Positions 12,932 through 26,849 of a stretch of 64,000 nucleotides of DNA are shown here, in pieces. The notes under the pieces were generated by a model. The model searched no databases and was not told where the DNA came from. It was given only the letters and a program-made list of their open reading frames with translations. Source of the stretch: Amphiscolops sp. MND2022. Lineage: Eukaryota. Location of the stretch: contig OZ076409.1 of assembly GCA_964187785.1 (NCBI GenBank), positions 81,904,001-81,968,000 of the forward strand, given 5' to 3'. How positions within the stretch are numbered: position 1 is the first letter of the stretch; every line of letters begins with the position of its first letter. A program made the position numbers and the translations under genes.

Positions 12932-13002
12932 GGCTCGAGTCCGTGTTCCAACCCACGACCTCCAGTCTACCAGGCGGACACACTACCAACTGGGCCACGG
13001 TG
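12932..13002 (-). mobile_element. tRNA-derived SINE head
   Basis: Minus strand has A box TGGCCCAGTTGG and B-box-like GGTTGGAAC at tRNA spacing, but no intact cloverleaf. Confidence 0.6.
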
Positions 13003-14432
13003 ATTTCCCTCACTCTACACAAATAAAGTTGTGAGGGTGGAAAAAATATAAAAGACTTGAACATTTTTTCTTGAATTGTCACGAGGTTTGCAACTTCAAA
13101 TTCTCAGAAGAACATGAGAAGAGCAGCATTTTAACCAAATAATTGAGTTGAAATTGGCAAATTCTAGTGCGTTGGTTTTTGAAAACGCTTGTAAGATTGT
13201 TCATTTTGAACCAAAAAATTGGAGTTTCTAATTTACCTATCTAAAAATACTGCTTGTCTATTATTAAGAAAAAAAAGGAGTTGACTGTCACCTTCTTTAA
13301 TGATCACAGGGAGGTAGGTAGAAAGAGAGAAAGAGACAAGAAGGAAAACCTGGTTGAGTTAATCGAGTTAATGTCAGTTTGGGAAATGAACAAACACAGA
13401 GGAAGACTTTTTGTGTTTCTATTCCTCACGCTCTACTTCATACGCTTTTCCAGCTAGTGACATTACTGAATTGATTCATACTCCAAGTCAATCAATCTGA
13501 GATTTATTTTTGCAAATCACAAAAATCTCGATGGAGCGATGTTTTAAATATACACAGCTGTTTGAAATGCCATAAAATCTCTCATAAATGCATTTGGAAA
13601 AGCGCTTGACCGTTTTATGCAACTTTTGTACATTTTTAGGTTGTTTTAGTGACATTGGCAATCCATAGAGCTGATCGACAAAACAATTTTTACGTCCCTT
13701 GTTAAAACGTCTTGAATCTTTTTCTTGTTCTTTCGAGTTGCCAAAAACGTCTATTATAATTTTCTAAAACTCTGACAAAAACCTTCATGCGAAAAATATA
13801 AATTTTCCCGTGTTGTATTCGACTTTTATTGTTGCATTATTTGTATTTAAAAATCTGAATTTTTTTTGAAACGTGCCTCCAAAATACCGGACGTACTTTT
13901 GGTGAGATATACTGAGTGCATGTACTTTAGCTGTCTTCAAAGGTTTAACAGTACTGTAAAACTTTCGGATTTAGCTTAACTGAAACTCGACTGATCGAAT
14001 TTTTGTGCAATTTAGGCTGCTGTAATAACTCGGCCAAATTCTTTCCTTTTTTGAGCATTTTTCACCTGACCAAACAAGTATATATAGCTATGTGCATTTT
14101 TAACATGACAACGTAAATCGTTAGGCGTGCAACATGCATAGCATTGGTGTCACGGTTCCGGATGTGAGTTTGCTATTTTGTAAATTATACATTATAAACT
14201 AATTTATACTTTTTAATGATACTGTATTTATTTTATTTGCTTCTGCATCCAATAATTTCCGCTGCATCTGTTTTTCAGTTTTCTTCTTCCTTTCATGTCA
14301 TTGAACTTGGGCTTTTAATTGAAGACTCGTCAAAGTGAAAAAGCAAGTGTACATGAATAAAAAAGCGTAACAAGACTTGAATGAATCTGTGAAAACAAAT
14401 GTCCTCTTACATATAATGGGGGCATTTTTATA

Positions 14433-14510
14433 GGTGTCAGGACATTTCGTCCTATACAATTTCGACCTATCCACTTTCGACCAAAACGAATGTTGACTAA
14501 TTGATCCTAA
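14433..14510 (+). mobile_element. Left-end fragment of a fold-back/MULE-like element
   Basis: Starts GGTGTCAGGAC, like the 8665 element, followed by 15-bp-periodic TTTCG(T/A)CC repeats. Confidence 0.45.
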
Positions 14511-15325
14511 TAAGCTACCGTGTATAACCAATACCGAACACTACACTGCAGACACCAAAATTACTGTGATGGGATTTGATTTCTTCTTGAGAACTTGGAG
14601 TGACGGAGAATTTCAACAGACTATGACCTTGGTCAGCTAAAATACTTGATATAAAAACGCCGCTATATATATAAAACGCAGTATATTGGTTCCCTAGAAG
14701 CTGCAGAAGACATATTACTGTAAAAATCTTTAGAGAATATTTGCTCACTTCAGTAAAAATTATACAAATCTGTTAGATTCTTCAAGATTCAGTGCAATGG
14801 TCATCGCAGAACTCTACAGAAAAAATCCTGCAGATCTGCACAGACTCGCTAAGTTTAACTTAGACCTCGGCAGTTTAACTTAGTTTTACTTATAAAGAGT
14901 TTGACAGGAAGAAATTTACTTCGTTGTTTCCTTCAAGTAGAGCATCTCTTTCTGAATGGCAGTTTCTTCTGATGATGGCGGAATTGAATGGTTATCATAG
15001 CAATATTTTTTAAAAGAGATATTTTGACAGAATTAAAAACTTGAAGTTCAAAAAACTGCTAGAACCAACAATTCAACTGGGCGACTCATTATGAAAAACC
15101 GAATGGAATTTTGTGACTCATCAACGTTTAAACCGTTGGTTTACCCAAAGCTAGCTTAAAGCATATGCAATATTGAAATCAAGTACTTGATCAGCAGTAA
15201 AGTATGGAACCAAAAATGCTTCCAAAAACTGTTGATTATTTCTCGGGTTTCATTTTCATGGAAATATCGTTTCATTTGAAGCACCATCGAGGGTCATCGA
15301 TGCGATCGGTTGGGATCTTAAGGCC

Positions 15326-15484
15326 GGGTTGACATGTTACCATTGTAAGGCTGAGATGGCAAGAAAAAGTTTACCAAGAACTGCATAATCGCAAGAACAA
15401 GCAGCAGAGTGGCCACCAAAACGTAGCAAGAATTTGGCAAAATCTTGCAATGACAGTAAAGTTATAGTAAGAGGGTCAACCCGG
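15326..15484. mobile_element. Small MITE with CCGGGTTGAC...GTCAACCCGG inverted termini
   Basis: 10-bp terminal inverted repeat and internal GCAAG/CTTGC motifs; TSD not evident. Confidence 0.55.
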
Positions 15485-17112
15485 GTTGCAATTAGTATAA
15501 TCTTGCAGAATGCATCGTTGATGCTTTATCGGCTTTGCGGAGCAAGTTTTATCTCAATTCAACCTTGAGTGAGTTAACTTAACTTTAATCTTCTCTAGCA
15601 TCCTCAAGTTGCCCCTGATTAGAACCATCAAAGGTTATTCCAAATATGGCAATACCCTAAAATGGCTTTTACACCAAGATGAAAACCAAACTTTTTGAAT
15701 TGTGCAACGATGTTGCTTGCTCAAGGGTCCTTTAGCACATTTTTAATTCAACAGGCTCACAACTTTTGAGAGGAGTCAAAAAAGTAATTGCCATGAGTAT
15801 GTAACAAACTACAGTCTAGCGTTATCTTCAGCGTGCTATTTGAGAAGCGGTGATTACATCAGACGAGTAGTTGAGAAAATAAGGTGTGTAACGTGATCGT
15901 GTCGGTAACGAAGTGGAAAAGATTCTCAAATTTAAGTGCAATAGTGTAAGCTGCAGTGTAATCCTGCAAGATTTACCGAACAAACCATAGTGAATTTTCT
16001 ACGTTTTTTTAAAAAAAAAATACCCTGCAGGTAAGACTGCAGAATGTAAAAAATTCCAGCAGTCTCGACTAGGGAATGCTTCGAAAATAGAAAAAAGCTT
16101 GAAAAGATTTTTTCGATTAGAACTTCAAAGAATACAAATCCCAAGGTGTGAACAAACGTGAACAAACCATTGCAAATTGTCCAATGGAGACGTAATTAAG
16201 CTCTGGGCAACATTTATGTAATCTAAGAAAGTGGTGTGCATGTCTGATTAGGTGAAAAGGTTAAAGACGAGCAAATTAAAAAGAGATGAAATAATTTGAA
16301 ACAATTTGCTTCGAAATATCTTGAAGATAATAGATCAAATATTTCAAACAGGTATTTGAACAATTCTAAATAGTAAAAATTGCCATGTAACAGACCTTTT
16401 TACCCTTGATTATCTCATTGAAAATATTCCACACTGATAACGTTTCAAGGTCGGCGTTTTAACCCAATCAAGTTGTGTTTTTTGAACAACCATTAAAGAG
16501 ATTGAATTTACCCCGACGAACTTTCCAGATTTTTTTTTATTCAATGTCAAATCTATACCAGTATATTTTAATTTATTCAAAAGTAAATAAAATTAAAACT
16601 AATTTCAGTTACGTCACTTCTATTTTTAGCTATTGATCCTTTACTTTCAAATATTCTCCCAATTTCCTTCGCCGTAAAAAACGTCTAGCACAAATGTAAT
16701 GAAATGCGAAAAAGGGTGGATTTGAAAATGACAGAAAGTCTGGAGAAATGAGACAAAGTCGTGGGTAGAGTAACCCGTTGGTTGTGACACATTGCCCACC
16801 TTGGAGCATTTGCAAACCTGCCCCAATCAACAAATATCCACCCTTTCGATCGATGCATTGAAAAACTGAATCGAACACTGTCAATCAGTCAAGTTCACGG
16901 CTATTTGTGCCCTGGTCTGACCTTGGAGTTAAGTTACATGCCGTGTTTTAATGCAAGGCAACCTGGTCCCGGGACCTTTAATTTGATTAGCGTTTTACCA
17001 TAAATCAACGGGATAAAGGAAAACCATGTGTTTATAGCGTTTTTGAAACTAAAAATACGTTACAGTTTCCATTAATTTGAGAGTTATTTAGCTTCAATTC
17101 ATTGCAAAGGCG

Positions 17113-17700
17113 TTTTTTAGTCGGCGCTTTTTGTGAAACAAAAAATGCCTGACTCTTACAGTGACCTTTTTTTCTCTCCAGTCAACAGATTTCACACTGA
17201 AATTTCTTTCTACAGAATTTCTCTAGGCCTTCCTACACTACTAGGAAGCAATCTCGGGTGCTTCCAACGGTTACCACTTTTGGCTACCATAGTTTTTAAA
17301 GCTTTTTTTTGTTAATATTTACTAGACAACTCAAACAGTTTGGTTTTAGTTTTTTTTTCAGCATTGTGAGGCTTTTTCCCAAAATATTTTGATGTCGCCA
17401 AAGGGTCCCCTCTTTGGTTATTTTGATTTTCTGTAACAAACTGGATGATAAAAAAGCCCTAAGGGTCCTCTTTTTTGCGTTTTTTGGCACCGTGAGATTT
17501 TTTTCAAAAATTATTATTTTTGCTGGGGTGTTTTTTCGGTACTATGCGACTTTTTTGATTTTTTTGAAGCAACCGAGTTGCCATCCTTCAATTTTTAGTA
17601 GAAACAGCGCTTTACGAGCATAGAGGGCTCCTTAGATTTTTCGGCCCTATGCAACCTATGCAAGACATTTTTTGAAAAAAAATGTATCCAAAAAAAGCTG
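17113..17700 (+). mobile_element. HINE family 1 copy (5' end intact, 3' end decayed)
   Basis: TTTTTTAGTCGGCGCTTTTTGTGAAAC...GACTCTTACAGTG start and AAAGGGTCCCC repeats. Confidence 0.65.
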
Positions 17701-18200
17701 TAAAAAAGTTACCTACTCAAGTTTTGTTTTTTTTTTAACGTTTTCTGCTAAACGGTGGGAAGGCACAACACGGTGATTTCGGGGATGTCTATGTGTCTAT
17801 TTTAGCTTTTGGGGTGTTCTTAGAATTTGTCGAAAATTTCCAACAGGTGCCACCAAACTGGTGGACCTTACAAGAATTGTAGAGTTGTTGATTGGTCTCA
17901 CTCGTGACTTCTCATTTAGATCTACAACGTCTAAAATCTCACAAGCTCATAAGCTCTATGGTTGCATTGGCTGTTACATCCTTACCTAAACAAGCTCAAT
18001 TCTGTAGCAGTTAGTACTGTAAGCATGTCTTTTCTCGCTTTCAACTCTAATCTCCCCAGCTCAAATTTGTTCAATAAGAGCTCGGTGTACAGGAGCATGC
18101 CCTTTGGGTAAAAAACAGCTCTGATAACAGCTTTAGACGAAAACGATCACCGGTCAGACGATACATTTTTGGTATATTGTGAATTCACCCAATCACACAA

Positions 18201-18470
18201 GGGGGAGCATGGCGTAGTTCGGGGGAGCATGGCGTAGTGGTTAGAGCATTCGGCCTGTACTGGGGCGGTATCAGGTTCGAATCTCTCTCAACTCACCATT
18301 GTTGGGCCTTAAGCAAGTCTTTCATCCCTAGCTTAGTGGTATGGTCAGTGACAAAAAATTACGCATTTGGCGGCGAAAAGCAAAACAAAAAGAGCAACGG
18401 TGAGCAGTCAGACCTTTGTGACCTTGAGCAAGTCACTTTGAAACCACAGCTTCAAGTCCACCATGCTTGA
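18201..18470 (+). mobile_element. tRNA-derived SINE with CORE-like domain and duplicated 5' end
   Basis: A box TGGCGTAGTGG and B box GGTTCGAATC (18274-18283); GGGGGAGCATGGCGTAGT occurs twice (18201, 18221); TGTGACCTTGAGCAAGTCACTT at 18417-18438. Confidence 0.7.
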
Positions 18471-21400
18471 CCATTTGGCTGCAAATATGGTACCATAGCG
18501 CAAGGGCATCAACTTAGAAAAGCAGCACTGCTTATTCGGCGTCCACTCCGCAGAATTGGGAAAATAAACTTTCTTCACCATACTGTTTTCGCCCATCCGA
18601 CTTTGAACGAAAGCGACACTAATTTTTCCCACTTCGCGAGTTACATCAACTTTTCTTTGTACCGGTTCAGTCGATTTTGCCTTTTCATGTTCCTATTTGT
18701 GCTGCCACTGCAATCCAATCCTACTACTTGAAATCAATTTTCAATGTAATAATTGAGAAGGTTTAGTCGATTGAAAAACTTTGGCACAAAGTTCACATGT
18801 TCATTGGAATACAACGGTGGACTTTTTCAATCGTTCTCAGCAGCTGTTCAGAAGCTTTCGATAAGATTGTGAAAGTCAGCCAAATTTTTTCAAGTTTGTC
18901 AAAAATCCACTTTCCGCAGTGAATTGTTTGTATGGAGATTACGGAAGTTCAAAGATTGAATGGGTTGCTAGCATCTCGAGTAAAAATTGTTACACGATAT
19001 TTTAACCATTCATATGATTTTAATGCAAATGAATCATCTTTTCTTCGAATTACATTGTTTTGGAAAAATGGGATTTCAAGTGTTTTCATGAAATTCAGTA
19101 ATCCTTTTGTGAAGTTTGAATTGTATCGGATATCTGCTGATATAGACAACCCGTTTCTTTCATTATAACAGTTGGGAAAACAGTTCTTCCCCTGGAGACG
19201 TTCGGGATTTTCAGTTGAGAGTAAACGTTTAGCAGAATGCTTGTTCAGTGGAATTTAGCGACTAATCAGGAAGTGCGAAAGGAAGGATTTGCTGTGATTT
19301 GCTTTGTGATCTCACAGTGTGTACTTTATGAGGAACATGACGGGAAAAACCAATTATTAATCTGTAATATCTCATTCTGGAACTTATGCTTTCGAAAAAA
19401 CAAAGCCAGACAGTCTGTCCATTTTTCATTGGAAAAATTTATTAACTACTCTCCTCATCTCTGCATTTTGGAAACAAAAAATTTCTTTAACAAGTTTTTT
19501 TTTCATGTTTCAGTTGTAATGTTTAGAAGAGAGGGTTTGTTCCACAGAAATCAACTACTACAAAGCTAGGTCCGTAAGATTTGTATTTTTGAGGATTTTT
19601 AACATTTTATTTAAATAAACTCTCTCTGAAAAAAGTGCTCAAAATGCGTCAAAAATAGCCAACTTTCAAACGTTTTTCAAGATTTTTGAATCTTTTGTGC
19701 AAGTTTTTTTGTGCTTTGGCTTCGCTGTTGCCCCTATATATGTGTCGCTTAAGTACATCAGGGTGGCTATTAGCTTGGTCCTTAGCCGGTGTTATGTTGG
19801 TAGCAGTCGAAGCATGCTAGGATCCAAGAAATTACGTGCAATCAGCAGCATCTAATAAGGTTGTAATTATCAGGATCGAACAAAATCTCGAAGTTCCCTT
19901 CATCAATAGTTACAGTATTTCGTTGCATGTACATGTTGTATGTGATAATTTTGCATTTCAACAAAAAGTGGACATTCATAAATATCTCCCAAGTATTTCC
20001 ATACATATAATTCGTGGAATCCTGTAAGATCAGTGATATTTCAATTATCCATTATTTTAGAGTAGAAGTGGCTGAATGAGTTCCTAAACTGCACTGACAA
20101 CAATTTCGTAAACAAAAACACGAGTTAGGATTAGGATGTCTTGAAAATGGGAGACTATCATACATGTCGCTTGCATGCTCTGAGAATCTCACAGACGTTT
20201 TTCTTCAAATTGTGTCAATATACGCGTAAGAAAAATCTTGGGTGGCCTTCGTAAATTACCTCCTAATTATGCATTCCATGTGATTTTTTATGCCATTTCT
20301 GTTTAAAACGCGTGACCCCAAAAGCCATTGTTTTCAGCGGAAAGATCTCCTGATTATTGCCGATTTCCTTGAAAAACTTGTCTGTGTTTATAGAGTACCA
20401 TTTTACGTCATGGAAATGTTCAAGCTGATAAGTGGTCCATTTGGTTATATGGTGCACATATGAAACCTTTATGACCCAATAACATCCTTTACTCAATTGG
20501 CCTTAAAAGGCAATAAGATAATGAGGAGGAATCTTTGTCTCCTTATCAAACTACTCAACAGGATTCCACGGGGACTAAAGTTGTCTAAGACAATCGGCTT
20601 CCAGTCTCTCAGTTGATCATATTGATTAGTGCATACAGTCTCCGCGACTGCGATAATAAAAAATCCTTGATTTTGCAGGCAACATCTGCTGCTGCTGCAA
20701 TCGTTCTAGCTTAATGGGAGACCTGCTTTTTGGAAGCAATCAAACACTTTTAAAGCAGTATTCTCAGTTTTTCAGGAATATATTTTGTACAAAACAGCCA
20801 AGAGGCATTGATTATGGGTGTATTTATATAAGTGGTGTTCATGAAAATCTGCAAGCAGCTATAAACCGGTTTACAGTTTTAACAACCGTGACTATTGTTA
20901 CTAGATTGATGCACTAGGAGCTAGTACAATACGCGACCCAGGAATCCGGCAAATCTCAACAATCAATAAAAAAGATGCGGTACTTTTGATAATAATTCAC
21001 CGTTATATCTATTCGGTATATAAGAAATAAGTATGTAATCAGAAAACTTTTTATGCATCGAGTATGACTGTGGTATCACTTTAATGTACATGTAAACTTC
21101 ATTTTTTTCTGTAGATCTTCGTCTCATTGCTTTATCTCATAATTTATGCTCATCAATCATTCTTCATTGTCAAGACATAAAAATTTCGTTTGCTCAATTG
21201 ATACGACATCTTCCTCTATTTTCCCCAAGACAATTGAAACGATGTGGCAAAATATAGAATTGTTATTTAATTGGGAGATGTTAGCGTGCATTTGTGTTTG
21301 TTGTTTCAAGGACTACCCTAGGCGGGACTGCTAAAAAGTTTACATGCATGCTGCAGGCCTACATCCAGGATGATTTTTTTAAAACTTTGAAAACATTGTT

Positions 21401-24284
21401 TACAAACCTTGTCCGCCTGTTTTGTCATGTCACTATTTTTTTAAATACTCTATTTTGCCAAAAAATTGGACATCATGTGTTAAACACATGACCCCTAAAT
21501 CGATCTTCAAAGTTTGAAAAACCTAAAATGTTTCACACATGGCATGCTACAAAACGGAAACAAATGGATTGTCAGTAAAACTACAGTTATGAAACGTCAA
21601 TACCTAAATGCCTGCATGCTTGGATTACTTGTGCATCAATATTCGTTTTTAGAATTGACACAAATCCGTGTTCATTGATGTAGAACCTGGATTCCTAGAC
21701 TCTCCACAAAATTTAAACTTAACTATTTTCTTGAGTGGCATTTTCGCAGAATTTTTTAAAATTTTGATACACTCAGTTGGTCTCGATTTTCATTCCGTGA
21801 GGATATGAGTCTCTATTAGCAGTGCAGTAGGTGGACAGTTGTTAAATATCAACTTTCAGGTATTGGAGCGGTAAATAAAAAATAACACTCGGCAAGTACG
21901 AACAAAAAATGCAAAACTTCATCCGTTTTTCAAAAAGGCAATGATGAAAAAGACCTGAAATAAAAAACGCCAGAAACAAATTTTGCAGCCTCGACACTGG
22001 TCTATACTTTTTAGTTCTTACACTTTTACTGGAAACGCTAACTTTGGAAATAAAGAGAAAAAACAGTTGTAACTCCATCCAACAACAAAGAATTTCAGAA
22101 ATACTGCAAATATAAAACTTTAGAAACCAGTGTCAATCTGCAGAAAGGTTATGTTTTTCGTTACTACTCGTGTTTTTCGAGATATAATGTTGAAAAGTTG
22201 TCAAACCACCAAAAATGCAAATTGATAACTTCCGCTACTTATCTGCGGTCTCAAAACAAAATATCCCTGTGATTCTATATAAAATTTAGAATATCTACAA
22301 AGCTTTTTGATCGAGTGAACATTCAAAAATTTATTGCACTTTGAAATATTTCACAAGCAAAATCAAGTGTCTTTTTTGGTAACTAAGTGTTGCGAAAATG
22401 TTCTCTCAGTAGTTGAACAATGATGTATTTGGTCCCACGCACATGCATAACTCTACATGATTTTGTACGACACATATCGATGATGATTGCAAGTATACAT
22501 GTAACATTTCATGACCCATGTATGATTAATGACTTGCTTCAAAGAGTTCGAGCTACTCATGGTATAATTCGATCAGCGGCTCCCACCAGCTAGGCAGAGC
22601 ATCTAGCAAAGCCTTTAATGTAAAACACGAACAAAAGACATTTCTTAGATTCGAACCAGCCTCATGTATTGATCATGGGCAAAAATTAGGGCGCAATTGA
22701 CTTGTTAGGGCGCTGAGCCGTTGCAGACATGAGCCTTCAAGACTCTCCTCCTTCTAGAGATTCTTTGATGCTTTTTTGTCATTCAGAATTGCATATTCGA
22801 GGCATATTTGTGGCAAAAATGTTGTAATCGGTTATTAATGCCACAACAGAGTACCTTTTCACATTTTTCTAAACGCTGATGAAAAATTGGTGTATGGTTG
22901 AGTGGAATCCTTGCAAATAGTGATAGAGACACCCAGGCGTAGTGACAAAACAGTGTGGATGCTTCGTTAATCGGCCCGCCCCCAGCGTCTTGATAATTTA
23001 CCCTGACAAGGTGGCTTGTCTGAATACCTCCGACCTCTCATCCCCCAGCCCTCCTTGTATGGGCTGTCTTGACATGGTGTTACAAGAATGCAGCATGACT
23101 GCAGTCTTTTCATAAATCGATTAAAATGGCCATCACAATTAATTGCATACCTGTCTTTTCCAGGTAACGTGTTCATGTGGAAAAGTCATTTCGGGACAGT
23201 TTTTCAGACTTACAAGCCAGATTTATAATGGATGATACACAATTATCCACTCAATTAGATAGCTTCCTCTGGTAAGTGTTAGACAAGGTATCTCCCAAAA
23301 ACCCAATCAGTTATTGAGCATATTCTTTTAATAGAAAACAATTTTTAAAGGTCTCATTTATGAACGCTAATATTTTTCAACGTTTCAGCAAGTATGTACC
23401 ACATTAAACACAATATAAAAAAGCTCTAACGCGAAGATTGTATCATGCTTGAAACCCGTCAATCGGCAACATTTTGGAACATTTAATAAGTCACCCATCA
23501 ACCACTGGGATCATTCTTACTCAAAATGGTGTAGATAATGAATATTCGGAGCATTGTGCATTGCGCTCATTGTAAATAAATTTTTCGACGTTTTTCAACA
23601 AGTGTATTGTAAAATCGGGTTTTCAGCAAAAAACACTTAGAAGTATTTGCGAAGACCTACCTGAATCGTTGAAGGTGCTGTTTTGGTGTTATTGTTAGTT
23701 TTGAAGAAATGACTTCAAAACAATATTGCACAAAAAAGGTTTAGTTTGTTATTTTATTTAATTGATATTGTTGACGTAGTCTCAACTTTTGAATGACAAA
23801 TGGTCAATTGTTAGGTCAATTGTTGAATGACGATAAGGCAATCGTTAATGAAAACAAAGCCAAATCGTAGATTTAATGGCACCATATATCTCGTATTTTT
23901 TTGTTTTACTCGCATCATTCGTAAGATGTAGTTTTTGATAACGGTTTTTGCCATCTTCCGTCTGCTTGATGATTTTTGTTTAAGGAATTGAGTTTGTACA
24001 ATAGTTTTGCGTAGCAATTTGGAATTATGAATACAAAGCTACCAAAATAGTGAAAAACCTCATTAAAGTTTTTACTTTCAGAATGGTGAGAGTAAAAAAG
24101 AAAACAACCGATTCGGATTGCGCCAATCAAATTTTCGTTTTCAATTCAATCAGTAATTTTGACATACCTTGAATACCTTGACTTTCATCTTGAATACGTA
24201 TTTGAATACATTAGGTTGAAAAAGTTGAAGCGAGAAAACGATACAAGGTCAAGAAATACAATATTACCTCCGTGACAAATTTTG

Positions 24285-24774
24285 ATGCCTTCAATAAAGA
24301 GACAGAGAGCTAAAGCTACTCTTTCAAGCGAAATGGACATACTGTCAGACTATGAGAATATGGAGGTTTAGCTAGGTTGTGAAAACATAAACAATAATAA
24401 AAGAGATTTGGAAACAAATATTATTGGCTCAGTTAGTCAACGACACTGAGGCTTTTTCCACCCAAGAAGGATATCGTCTCAAGAGAACGAAGTTAGGAAT
24501 ATTAACATTGAAAATGGATTCTTTATTGAACATGATGCATTCCCAGATAATTAGGGCCATAAGCTCTGCAATCAGTGATAGAGTTATCGCTGAAACCCAA
24601 AATATTTTTGGCTCGAGGTCTTCAGGACAGAGAGACACTGAGTCTGGAATGACCACTAACAACCAAGATATCATTAAGAAGACAAACGGGTTGAATACAA
24701 AGCTAACAAAGAAGGATTCTAGATCTGCCTTTGATCTTATGGACACCGGGGATCCAAATCCTTACAAAAATTAA
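24285..24774 (+). pseudogene. Decayed ORF of unknown function, probably carried in a repeat/LTR
   Basis: MPSIKRQRAKATLSSEMDILSDYENMEV*LG... shifts frame into ORF 24424-24774 (MDSLLNMMHSQIIRAISSAISDRVI...); ends at LTR-like CCTTACA (24760-24766). Confidence 0.45.
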
Positions 24775-26557
24775 CAGTGTATCGGAATCATTTCCTCAAA
24801 AAAAATCAAAATTTAAAGATAACAGCAAAACCACTCCTTCAACCATTTAAGTATGTCTTCGCAAATTGTTTTTAGAATTTTTTGCCGAAAACCCGATTGT
24901 GTGTCCTTAAAATTCACCATTTTAGATGTGCTTGACAAGTTGAGGAACAATTTTTTTGTGCAACTTTGAAATTACATTTAATAGCAAAGTGTCTCCCAAT
25001 TTGAGTCTCCCAAAAACTTTGATTGCCTAATTTTCGCATGTGTTCCGTTTTAATTTAGCAGTGGAACTGATGAGGAATTACACGAAATGAGGAAGTAAAA
25101 TAGAAAATCTTCAAAAATTACCACCGAATTCAAAATGAATCTCCTAGGAAGCTTGATAAGTCCAACTGGTAATCAGATGTACGTTGGTTCGAATCTTTCG
25201 CTGGACTAAATATTTTTTCTGATAGCAAAAGAAAAGGGAAATCAAAGGGTTTAGTTTCTTTCGGCGCTGTGCGACTTTTTTGAAAGTAAAATTACGTTGG
25301 AGAAATCCCTTTTCATTGTTTCAAAACTTTCGGCTTGATAAAAGAGTATTGCGAATTTGAAGGGTCTTTTTTGTTTTTTTTTTCGCACTGAGACTTTATC
25401 TGAGAGAAAATTTTTTGAAAGAATTATTTCCCGAAAATAGGTTTTTTTTGTTTCCATTAAGAGATCAAGCTGTTTTCGACTCTTATGTACCCTGTACGGA
25501 TGTTCTTAGTCACTGTAAATTTGATAAAAGTTTTCTCAAAAGTGTCCTCTTGCATATTCGAAACATTTTGCTTTTTTTGACATTTGTGAGGGTTTCCGGC
25601 ATGTTACTTTATAAGCGTTCAACATGGCAAAATTTCAGAAGGAATTGAATATTTTTTTCCATATGGATTATGGGGATAATATGAGTCCGTTAATAGACGC
25701 AAGCTCATTGCAGGAATCTTTCTTGCAAGTTGAAAGTCTTCGTGATGTATACAGCGAATTAGACTCCCAGCATGCCTACAGTTTTGGGTCTAAATCCATT
25801 TGAAATCAAATAAGAGTTTATTCAACAATTTATTATCTATCACATTAGCCGTTTGATGGCACTTTCGTGATGCTTACATCTTTCTCACAAAGCATTCAGC
25901 AAAATCCAATAAATGAAACTAATGGAAAATTGTGCCGCATTGAGTGTGTTAATTAATTTCCCGAGGAACAGGAAATATCGAGAACAATAACGATCAAAAA
26001 TTTTCTCAAAATTCTCAACTTCTGCACAGACGCAGGCAGCTACGTAAAGATTAAATCAGGAACGAGAAAGGGCGTTGACAAGTGATTACGAATTCGCTGC
26101 AGGATTTCATCAGATTAGAAAAATTGAATGAGTTGCTTTCAACTTATGACACAAAAGTCAGACATCTTTCGAAAATTTGTGACATTTGTTCACAAATACT
26201 TCCCTAGGGAACTCATAACAAAGTTGATTGAAGTTAATTTTGAAACAATCAGAGAGTTCATAACAGGAAGCAGCCCAGCTATGAGTTCATTTTGATACAA
26301 ATTGATTTACAAACAATTATAGACCATCATCAGAATAATTTGACTATTTCCTGGAAAAGTTCAAGTTTCCAGTTTAGTCTTTTTCACAAAAGTTCACGAA
26401 AAAAGGCATAAACAGCAATAGCAGTTGTATTTTCTTTTTCTTTCCAGATGTCGAGCTCTCGTGTGTAAAAACTCGTGAATTCATAGCCTCTTTTGAGCCG
26501 AGCCTCATGATGGAAGTTTTTATAGATTATTTGTGATTGCATGGGAATAGTAGTAAC

Positions 26558-26705
26558 CTGATAGTTGATTGAAAAACATGATGTCAGGAATCCACATGTA
26601 CTTCTGCTCAAAGTCCAGACGGCTGATCATGTTGTGGTCTCGAGGGTCCCAATGTATGAACTCGTTGAACCACAGCATCTCCGCCCAGAAGTGTAGGTGG
26701 ATATT
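26558..26705 (-). CDS. Exon of the Cys-loop ligand-gated ion channel (loop D and loop A)
   Basis: Acceptor tgtgttttag. Translates NIHLHFWAEMLWFNEFIHWDPRDHNMISRLDFEQKYMWIPDIMFFNQLS(G), with the W...W...WxP and WxPDI motifs. Ends with one split nucleotide at G|gttact, in phase with exon 9145-9275. Confidence 0.9.
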
Positions 26706-26849
26706 CTAAAACACATCGCAGTATTGATTACGTATTTTGGTATTGAATACGAATTTGGAATCGTGACGAACACATACATACTACTACAGTTTAGGATACA
26801 AAACCCGAAATCCAATAGAAATACCACAAAACTTCTAAAGTGCCATTAA

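Noticed and set aside
18221..18295. tRNA gene
   Set aside because: A and B boxes are present, but the acceptor and anticodon stems do not pair and a SINE-like body follows.
18460..20760. Patches of possible decayed minus-strand coding sequence
   Set aside because: Many stops and no recognisable domain; cannot be assigned without a search.
21981..22146. Imperfect inverted repeat (TTTTGCAG..GACACTGG / CCAGTGTC..CTGCAGAAA)
   Set aside because: Probably an old MITE, but its ends and TSD could not be defined.
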